From positions 125,488,001 through 125,552,000 of the forward strand of contig NC_042999.1 in the NCBI RefSeq assembly GCF_006345805.1: DNA of 64,000 bases, read 5' to 3'. This DNA comes from Octopus sinensis (taxonomy: Eukaryota). The position numbers and the translations under genes are program-made. The notes below the pieces were generated by a model that was given only the letters and a program-made list of their open reading frames with translations, was not told the origin of the DNA and did not search any database. Position 1 is the stretch's first letter; the number at the start of each line of letters is the position of its first letter. Shown piece after piece: positions 1-8,583 of the stretch.

Positions 1-206
1 TGAAGTTGACTTTGGTAAGATTTGAACCTAGAATGTAAAAAGTCAGAAGAAATACCACAAGGCCCGATGCCCTAACAATTCACTAAATGATCATTGATTG
101 AAAATATTTTCAAGTAAAACCTGAAACTTAATTCAAAACATTGTAAGATTCTAATGTGACATTACGTATATTATGTGTATTGTGTATTTTATTTTCTTCT
201 TTCAAG

Positions 207-315
207 ATTTGAGTTCACCTACCTATCTTGTGTTTCAAGTACCTGATGAGATTAAGGGAATGAATGAAGTTAAAATATCAATTGATACAAAAGATTTACA
301 GTATGTTTGGGACAA
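207..315 (+). CDS. CENPL: CENP-L-like gene, internal coding exon (upstream exons lie outside the window)
   Basis: Acceptor ttttcttctttcaAG ends at 206; donor GTaagt at 316. Reads xAT-LSSPTYLVFQVPDEIKGMNEVKISIDTKDLQYVWD-AA and ends in phase 2, matching the next exon. KISIDTKDLQYVWDKIH parallels human CENP-L ISFAIHPEDAKALWDSVH (recalled). Confidence 0.72.
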
Positions 316-336
316 GTAAGTAAAAAAGAATTGGTG

Positions 337-717
337 TTATTTTATATACTCGCAGATAGGTCGCACCCTTAGTTTTGGGTTATCAAAATAGGTATTTGCA
401 GTTAACTCACAAATAGGTCACACTATAATCTGGGGAGTTACGTGGCTTTTTTTAATGTAAATATAACTAATATTTGTTAAATATTATCAAATATTTACCT
501 TTATTTCAAAACTTTGCTCACAAATATTAAAACATGTTTACAGAGGTGACTTTATGAAAGTCTAATCAACTCAAAAAAAAAAAAAAATCTAAGTACCAAC
601 TTGACAAGAAAATGTCTACTTCAGATCCCTGTGATGTCAAGTGGATGGGTCACACCCCTGATTTTTATCAAAATATTTGGTTAAAAAAGTGCAACCCATT
701 CAAAAGTATATGCAGTA
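337..717. mobile_element. Decayed non-autonomous DNA transposon (MITE) in a CENPL intron
   Basis: Degenerate terminal inverted repeats: tatatactcgcagataggtcgcac on the left, gtgcaacccattcaaaagtatatgcagta on the right; no coding capacity. Confidence 0.4.
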
Positions 718-1895
718 TATAGAAGTAATTCAGCCTTTTAAAAACATCAAAATGAACCAAAAGGAAAATGTGTTAGAGAGATAAACATGTTAATATAACA
801 GTGAACATCTGATCCTCTCTGTGGACCCTTAAATTGCTATATATTGCAGCCAAATCTCTTAATTCAGCCCCTATTGTCTTGTTCTACAATTTTTTTTTAT
901 GGCTTGGTCTGAAATAAATTGCGCTGTCCATGACTTTCTCAGGCCTTTTGTTAGCTGAGTGGGTATGATTTATGTTAAACAATTATTCATTAATCGGCAT
1001 CTACGGGGAACGGTCGTGATGGAAGGGAATTCCAGAGGGGGACATAGGTGGAGTGTAACAACAATACTGGTAATGATAGTAATTATAATGATTAATTTTC
1101 ATAAAGAAGAGTATAGCTGATTATTTGATTAAATCACAGTTTCTTTTTATCTTGGTGGAGGGCTTGCATTGTTCAGTGTCTATGGTCACAATGTCAAGAG
1201 GAACCAGGCTGACCACAAACAGCCCCATTTCAACATCATATGCTGCAGCAATGAATTCTCAATCTTCTCATGCTACAACAAACAATACATGTATACAAGC
1301 TTCAAGTGATTACTTCTTGAGAGAGAGTGCTGCTTGCTTTCCTCTTATCCACATTTTGTGAAATACCAGAACTTGTAATTTGAAACCAGCTGTTGTTGCT
1401 TTGAGACTGACTTTTGTCATCCATAAGTAAACATAGCATCATCAGTTAAATGCAATAACTTCAGTTTAAAATGGATCATTGACAATTTTTTTTTTTTTTT
1501 GCACCTAAATATCTTCAATTTTATTTACTCTGAGGTTATTTTAATTTATATTTAAAAAATGGTGTAGTATCATCTCTCCACATTATATATTCAGACTTAA
1601 ACAGCTATCTCTTGCATGCTGATATCTTTGATGTTGAGTCACTTTCTCAACTCATTAATTTTTCTTGTGAGTGAATATTGCACACATATGTCATAATCAG
1701 CTCATTCCCTTCAATTAAAGTAAGTTTAATACTACACATAACACTTCTTATTTTGGCCTCTTATTATTTGTTTTGTCGACAAGTAGCAATAGTTTTGTTA
1801 TCAACAAAGATAGCAGTTTTCTAAATTTCTCTATTTCCTTTCATAACTAGAATGCCATCAGATTGTCTATGCTATCAATCTGGTATTGTTTGGTT

Positions 1896-2280
1896 CTCTC
1901 TTTTACTTGTTTCAGTCATTTGACTGCGGCCATGCTGGAGCACCGCCTTTAGTCGAGCAAATCGACCCCGGGACTTATTCTTTGTAAGGCCAGTACTTAT
2001 TCTATCGGTCTCTTTTGCCGAACCACTAAGTGACGGGGACGTAAACACACCAGCATCGGTTGTCAAGCAATGCTAGGGGGACAAACACAAACACACATAC
2101 ATATATATATATGTGCATATATACGACAGGCTTCTTTCAGTTTCCGTCTACCAAATCCACTCACAAGGCATTGGTCGGCCTGGGGCTATAGCTGAAGACA
2201 CTTGCCCAAGATGCCACGCAGTGGGACTGAACCCAGAACCATGTGGTTGGTTAGCAAGCTACTTACCACACAGCCACTCC
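1896..2280 (-). mobile_element. tRNA-derived composite SINE (head, internal (TA)n, second domain), young copy
   Basis: Reverse complement begins GGAGTGGCTGTGTGGTAAGTAGCTTGC...GGTTCAGTCCC (A/B-box-like). Near-identical to 53732-54130 and similar to 13446-13845. Confidence 0.85.
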
Positions 2281-2778
2281 TGTGCCTATGTGGGTTTTTT
2301 TGAAAATCCCTCATGGAGTGACAACCATGCAATGCATAGTTACAGATTGCACTTTGGCAAGGTATAGCTCCCATTCAGCCACCATACCAGGGATACAGCA
2401 AAGTCATGGGACTGCAGCATGGTGGATTGTGAAGAGGTAGTGGAAGAGCTGAACTGAGCCAATGGTGCTTCTTACATTGATGCTGCACAGAGGAATCCTT
2501 AGAAGATCAATGGTCAGGATCACCAAATGCTATCAAGAGAGTAACTGCAATGCATTCATAGGGGTGGCATCCATGGTTGTGTAATCAGCCAATGTAAGAT
2601 TCACTATGACTCAAGTTCCCGATTCAAATTCATAATAATGGAAGCAACCAAAGAAGATTCAATCTAGTCGTAAATATCAACTAAAAATATTAAAATAAAA
2701 TGTTTACTTTTTAAACACTCAATCCCTTTTTTTTTTCTTTTTTTTTTTTAATATTACATTAATTTCAATTCCTTGCAG

Positions 2779-2884
2779 AATTCACCCAGACCCAAATGAT
2801 AGTGAATTTACAATTGATCAAGTAAATGAATTCATATCACAAATTGAATTATTTTACTATGAGGTTTTGAAATTAAAAATCACT
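2779..2884 (+). CDS. CENPL: CENP-L-like gene, internal coding exon
   Basis: Long poly-T tract then ttgcAG ending at 2778; donor GTaagt at 2885. 1 nt + 35 codons: IHPDPNDSEFTIDQVNEFISQIELFYYEVLKLKIT. Parallels human CENP-L VTQEEVDLFMDCLYSHFHRHFKIHLS (recalled). Confidence 0.75.
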
Positions 2885-2998
2885 GTAAGTATGCAGTTTT
2901 ACAATATTTTGACCTCCTTGAATACTTCTTTTTTTTTTTCCTGTAGTTTCAGCTCAGAGCTGCAACCATACTGATGCACCACTGTTAAAGATTTATAC

Positions 2999-3071
2999 AG
3001 GTTCTGGTGAGGATTGAACTCACGACCTTCTGCATATAAAGCAGATGCGATAACCACTACACCACAGAACC
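2999..3071 (-). tRNA. tRNA-Val(TAC)-like gene or pseudogene carrying a TAT (Ile) anticodon, intronless
   Basis: Minus strand GGTTCTGTGGTGTAGTGGTTATCGCATCTGCTTTATATGCAGAAGGTCGTGAGTTCAATCCTCACCAGAACCT. Acceptor stem 7/7, anticodon stem TCTGC/GCAGA 5/5, T stem GTGAG/CTCAC 5/5, A and B boxes intact. Anticodon at 3036-3038. Discriminator is T, and there is no TTTT terminator immediately downstream. Confidence 0.7.
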
Positions 3072-3109
3072 TTACATCTTGGTCAACCTATGAACCTTTC
3101 AGTTGGCCT

Positions 3110-3262
3110 TTTGTGTGTGTGTGTGTGTGCCACAGACTTCTTTCAATTGTATCTACCAAATCCCCTCAAAGTTTTGGTCAGCTCAAGGCTATAGCAGAAG
3201 ATACTTCAGTGAGACTGAACCTGAACCTGCAAAGCAAACTTCTTACCACTCACCCATGTGCA
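3110..3262 (-). mobile_element. Older copy of the tRNA-derived SINE head
   Basis: ttctttcaattgtatctaccaaatccc...gctatagcagaagatactt...cttaccact aligns with the head of 1896-2280. Confidence 0.65.
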
Positions 3263-4335
3263 TATTTTTAACATTGGAATTTAACTGAGCAGAATTGCGT
3301 GGCTGTTAGACAAATTACATCTGAATTTACTGATTACTACATAATGTTAATAATTTTCTTAGAGCAATTAAACCTACTTGCAAGTCAGGTTCACAAAGCT
3401 CTTTATTTTCCTAGCTGAGGCTTTTTCATGTGTTCTTTAAAAAAAATCTGAATATTTTCACTGCTTTGATTGATCAACTCATGAGTTTTAGGTACGGCTG
3501 TATGGCTAAAAATTTTATTTCCCAACTATGTAGTTTTGACTTCACTTTCAAGCATCTTCCAAGTGGATTTTGTAGACGCAAACTGAAAGAAACCCATCAT
3601 ATATATGTGTATGTATCTTTGTCTTGATATCACACAACAGTTGTAAATGAGCATCATCATATAGTGCCATTTATTTCAATCTTCCCTGAAAATATATCTG
3701 GCTATGGAGAAATACTTGCTTAAAAACAGGTGTGTGTGGGTGACAAAAAGAGTGTCTGGCTGTACAAAATCTGTCTCAATGAGTTCTATCTCACCTATGC
3801 CAGCATGAAAAAGTGAACATTAAAACAATGATGTTGATGTTAGTGTGTAACAGTTGCTACTCCTTTGAAATTATCACTGGCAGTATGTGTCCTAGTAAAC
3901 TGCTCTTAAAGCTATCTTAAAAAGAATATATTGAGTGATATAATCTTAGAATCTTGTAAAGACTAATGCATAGAGATGTTGTATAAATAGTTTGAAAGAA
4001 GATATTTTTAATATATGACCATCCATAATTAGATCCATTTTTCAAAATTGAGTTTTCCAGATTTCTAACAACAAAGTCAAGTGTTTAACAAGTTAAAACT
4101 TTTTTTAAAAATATTATCCCTCATTTTATTAGAGATTGGGCATTTCAGTTTGTTTGTACCACATTCATAAGGGTGTCTCAATTCTCTTCTGGGCCAAAAT
4201 TAAGTGTTGACTGTCTCAATTAGTAACTACTTTTATAGTTCCAACATATCAATCTTTAAAACCTGTTCTTTTTCTCAGTTTATATTTTAAATTTTTATTT
4301 GAAATAAATTGAAATGTTTTTTCTTTATTTTTTAG

Positions 4336-4398
4336 TCACTGAAATTAATCAAAATCAGGAATGCTTTGGCCTCAGTCTCTGTTAACGGAGTGTTCAAA
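4336..4398 (+). CDS. CENPL: CENP-L-like gene, 63-nt coding exon
   Basis: ttttttAG at 4334-4335 and GTaagt at 4399; phase 0-0. The only open frame is SLKLIKIRNALASVSVNGVFK, paralleling human CENP-L ATRLVRVSTSVASAHTDGKIK (recalled). Confidence 0.75.
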
Positions 4399-4807
4399 GT
4401 AAGTTCTATTTTTTCATATTTTTCTAAAATTTTTGTTTTCTTTTTACCTTTTTCTACTTTTGTCTTTTTTTTTTTTGATTGATGACAATGAAATTTAGGT
4501 CTCATGCATATAACATCATATTTTGTTTTTTTGAAAAAATGTTCTTTTCTTTTTACCTTTGTCTACATTTGTCTAGCATTTTCAGTTGATGACTATAAAA
4601 TTTAAGTTTCATGTATATAAAATATACATATCTTTACTTTATTAATATATGCATTCATGAACAATAATTTCATAGTTGCATGTACTGAAAGAGGAGTCCA
4701 ATGAGCCCATCAATGAGTCACTGCTTAAAACCATATAAACAAAATACATCTTTCCATCAGGAAAGTTTTAGACTAAGGCAAATTGTCACATTGTCCTTGG
4801 TCTTTAA

Positions 4808-5381
4808 CCCTTTAACATTCATATTTCTCTGTCAAATGTAATGTGTATTTATTCACATTAATTTGGTCATGCATTACCTTGTAGCTTTGAGATTTCAATG
4901 ACATGATTGTTTAGTTTTAGAATAATATTTCAGGGTAAGTGCGAGAGTTTGGATCTGGCCAGTTTGAAATAAAACAAGTATATTATCTTGGCCAGATATG
5001 CCCAGTTTAAATGCTAAAGCAGTGGTTCTCAACTGGTGTCTATATGGCCCCTGAAGGTTCATGAGATTTTGGGGAGTCCATGCAACAAAATGGTAAATTG
5101 GGGACCAACAATAATATTTTAAGGGCCCCTGAAAAAATTTTGCTTTAAATGTATGTATTGATATGTATTGCAAGAAACAGCTAAGTTTCTTTCTCCAACA
5201 TTTTGCATAGTTCAACCTACACAAATGAATGTTTGAAAAACAAAATAGGAATTTTGGAAGAAGTTTCTATAAAACTAGTTTTTTAAACATTGAATGGCTA
5301 TGCAGTGATCCACCAGAATGAAATAGCAATCAAAGGGGGTTCATATACAAAAAAATGGTTGTGAACCTCTGTGCTAAAGGA
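4808..5381. mobile_element. piggyBac-type MITE (TTAA flanks, CCCTTTAGCATT-like ends) interrupted by a nested hAT MITE
   Basis: TTAA at 4804-4807 and 5382-5385. With 5020-5379 removed it aligns to the uninterrupted copy at 12998-13211. Confidence 0.75.
5020..5371. mobile_element. hAT (Charlie/MER5-like) MITE with 8-bp target-site duplication
   Basis: TIRs CAGTGGTTCTCAACT / GGTTGTGAACCTCTG; identical TSD TGCTAAAG at 5012-5019 and 5372-5379. Confidence 0.85.
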
Positions 5382-5633
5382 TTAATCATTCTTTACCAGT
5401 ATCAGCTAAATCTAGATCATACCATTCTTTCACAAATATAAATAATATAATTTTATTTTTCATGATAATGATTATTGATTGAGTGGGTTTTATATTGGTG
5501 TTTGTAGTGGTTTTGGTGGTGGGAGTTCTTTGTAATTACTCTGCTAAGATGATAGTTCTGTCTCAGAATTTAACCTCTCATCATTTTATTGATTATATAT
5601 TATTTGTCATTTATGTATTTTGTCTAATTTCAG

Positions 5634-5720
5634 CTCTGTTCTTCAAATCATCTTGTTCATATTCTTCGGTTATTCTGCCAGATGTCTGTAGAACAACTGA
5701 GTTTTATTTACACCATTTGA
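5634..5720 (+). CDS. CENPL: CENP-L-like gene, terminal coding exon
   Basis: aatttcAG ends at 5633; phase 0; LCSSNHLVHILRLFCQMSVEQLSFIYTI then TGA at 5718-5720. Parallels the human CENP-L C-terminus ILCHKYLIGVLAYLTELAIFQIE (recalled). Confidence 0.7.
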   Translation, partial: LCSSNHLVHILRLFCQMSVEQLSFIYTI

Positions 5721-5809
5721 TGGAGAATATATCATTGGTTTATTGTCTGTATTATGACTTATTTTATTCCTAATCTGTATAATATTCTTTTATAAGAAAT
5801 CACTATTTC

Positions 5810-5815
5810 AATAAA
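5810..5815 (+). terminator. Candidate polyadenylation signal of the CENPL-like gene
   Basis: AATAAA about 90 nt after the TGA at 5720; chance occurrence is likely in AT-rich DNA. Confidence 0.4.
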
Positions 5816-6522
5816 ACATATTTTTTGCACTTCAAAAAAAATTTTACAGAAACTACAAACAAAAATCAATGACTGTTTTAGTTTATTGACTTATAAATTA
5901 AGCTTGTTTTCCATATAAAACTTGAAGCAAACTACATCACTTCTATGATGGTGATGCTTATTTATATATGTTCAGTTATGTGTATATGTATGTATATATT
6001 GTTACAAACGCAAAAAAAAAATTCAATTTAACGTTTGTGCAATGCAAATGTCATTCTGTGCATTCAAAAAGAAAAAAAAAGGAAATAAAAACATGAAGTC
6101 CTTTTTAAAGCAAAAAGAAAGAGAAAAAAAGCAAAAGCAATCGGATAGTCCATGCTGTGAGAAAAGGAAAGAGGAAAAGAAAAGAGACTTTAAAAAGGGC
6201 ACCAGATGGGGAAAACACAAGAGAACACTTGAAATGAGGAGAGGTTGGATTCATCGTTAGTGAATGTATATTGAGCATCAACTGGATTTTACTGATGATT
6301 ATTTGTGTATATTTTATTCACTTGATGTCCTTTTCTGCATATATTATAATGTGGACATTCAAAACAGGCCAGCAATATTAATAATTGTCATTTCCTTTCA
6401 GAATAACATTTGTATTGTATAATATTGTATATTTTGTGCCTTATTGTTATTGTAGTAAATTTCCAAGTAGCATTTTAATTTTAATCTGTGCATTCATTTT
6501 CTTTAAATCTTGAACGTAACAA

Positions 6523-8583
6523 TCATCATCATCGTTTAACGTCCGTTTTCCGCGCTAGCACAGGTTGGACGGTTCGACCGGGGTCTGGGAAGCCAGGAGG
6601 CAGCACCAGGCTCCAGTCTGATCTGGCAGTGTTTCTACAGCTGGATGCCCTTCCTAATGCCAACCACTCCGCGAGTGTAATGGGTACTTTTTACGTGCCA
6701 CCGGCACAGGTGCCATGGGCGTCTGGCAGCGGCCACGATCGGTTGGTGCTTTTAACGTGCCACCGGCACGGAAGCCAGTCAAGGAGGCACTGGCATCGGT
6801 CACGCTAGGATGGTGCTTTTTACATGCCACCGGCACAGAAGCCAGTCAAGGCGGCGCTGGCATCGGCCACGGTTCGGATGGTGCTTTTTATGTGCCACCG
6901 GCACAGGTATCACAACTACTATTTCCATTGATATTTATTTCGATGTTCATGTACTTGACTCAATAGGTCTCCTCAAGCACAGCGGGTTGTTCTGAAATCC
7001 AAGGTACTTTGAATGGGCAGGGGCTATGTGGAACTGATGCAAGAAGCAGCCCGGGTCTTTGCAGTCACAGCATATCTCCAGAGATCTCGGTCCTTCGTCA
7101 TTGTCTCTGTGAGGCCCAACACTCTGAGGTCATGCTTGACTACCTCATCCCATGTCTTCCTGGGTCTACCTCTCCCCCTGATACCTTCAACTGTTTGGGA
7201 GCGGCACTTCTTCACACATCTCTCCTCATCCATCCGCAGTACATGACCATACCATCGCAAGCGTCGCTCTTGCACACCACATCTGATGCTTCTTATGTCC
7301 AGCATTTCTCTCAGGGTGCTTACACTCTGTCGTGCGCGCGCACTGACATTACACATCCAGCGGATCATGTTAGCTTCATTTCTTTCAAGTCTACGCATGT
7401 CCTCTGCAGTCACAGCCCATGTTTCACTGCCGTGAAGCATGGCAGTTCACACACATGCATCATACAATCTACCTTTCATTCTGAGTGAGAGACCCTTTGT
7501 CGCCAGTAGGGGTAGGAGCTTTCTAAACTTTGCCCAGGCTATTCGTATTCTAGTGGTGACACTCTCTGAGCATCCACCTCCACTACTGACTTGGTCACCC
7601 AGGTAGCGGAAACTATCTACTACTTCTAGTTTCTTCCCCTGGAGTGTGATGGAATCTGTTTTCTGAGTATCTGTGGTGTCTATTGTCCCTGTGCATCTGC
7701 CACACATGAAAGCTATCTTGTCAGTTAATTTCCCATTGATGTTGCTGCACCTCTTATGCGTCCATAGCTTACACTGGGTACATCTTATGGAGTTTCTACC
7801 TACACCTTTCCTACAGATCGAGCAGGACCACTTGCCCGAGGGTGTGTGTGCTGAGATCGCCTTTCTGCTTACTATAACTTTGGTCTTTGCTACATTTACT
7901 CTAAGGCCCTTTGATTCTAACCCTTGCTTCCACACCCAAAATTTCTTTTCTAGTTCCGGTAGGGATTCTGCTATGAGAGCCAGATCATCAGCATAGAGGA
8001 GCTCCCTTGGGCAACCTGTTTTGAATTCCTCTGTTATTGCCTGGAGGACTATGATGAATAAAAGGGGACTGAGGGCTGAACCTTGGTGTACACCTACTTC
8101 TACCCGGAATTCTTCACTAAATTCGTTGCCAATCCTAACCTTGCCGACAGCCTCTCTGTATAGGGCCTGTACTGCCCTTATTAGCCATTCGTCAATCTCC
8201 AGTTTCCGCATTGACCACCAGATAAGGGATCAGAGGACCCTGTCAAAGGCTTTCTCCAAGTCCACAAAAGCTATGTAGAGGGGTTTATCTTTTGCTAGGT
8301 ACTTCTCCTGCAGTTGTCGGACCAGGAATATAGCATTAGTGGTGCTTCTACCCGGCACAAAACCGAACTGCATCTAATCTAAGCAAATTCTCTCCCTAAC
8401 GAGATGGGTTATGACCCTCTCTGTGACCTTCATCACCTGATCCAACAGTTTAATACCCTTGTAGTTATTTCTATCTAGAGCATCACCTTTACCCTTGTAG
8501 CAGTTGACTATGGTGCTGCTACGCCAGTCATTGGGTATGACTCCATTATGAACTACCTGGTTTACAATGCGGGTGACTAGGCC
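6523..8583 (-). mobile_element. 5'-truncated RTE-clade LINE (RT with embedded PHD finger, 3' UTR, (GAT)n tail), inactivated by stops
   Basis: ORFs 8374-8601, 7447-8211 and 7024-7440 are one frame broken by stops. Motifs: QFGF..GRSTTNAIF, FVDLEKAFDRV, GVHQGSALSPLLF, LLYADDL, FRYLG, LHGSETW, RGRGRPRKTW. The 3' tail tcatcatcatc starts at 6523. Confidence 0.93.
6682..6907. repeat. About 65-bp minisatellite (about 4 units) within the RTE 3' UTR
   Basis: Repeated GGTGCTTTTTAYRTGCCACCGGCAC core starting near 6683, 6745, 6812 and 6880. Confidence 0.8.

Noticed and set aside
2113-2367. Recurring short ORFs such as DRLLSVSVYQIHSQG (also 13471-13749 and 53678-53968)
   Set aside because: Translations of non-coding SINE copies, not a protein family.
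5483-5773. 96-aa hydrophobic ORF
   Set aside because: Out of frame with the CENPL terminal exon it overlaps; the hydrophobicity comes from T-rich intron sequence.
6042-6260. Lys/Glu-rich ORF (considered as CCDC43, the vertebrate MEIOC neighbour)
   Set aside because: Purine-rich low-complexity sequence with no convincing splice sites and no CCDC43 motifs; it lies beyond the CENPL poly(A) signal.
6682-6907. CRISPR-like repeat-spacer pattern
   Set aside because: The units are degenerate tandem copies including the intervening sequence, lie within a LINE 3' UTR, and have no cas genes; this is a eukaryotic minisatellite.
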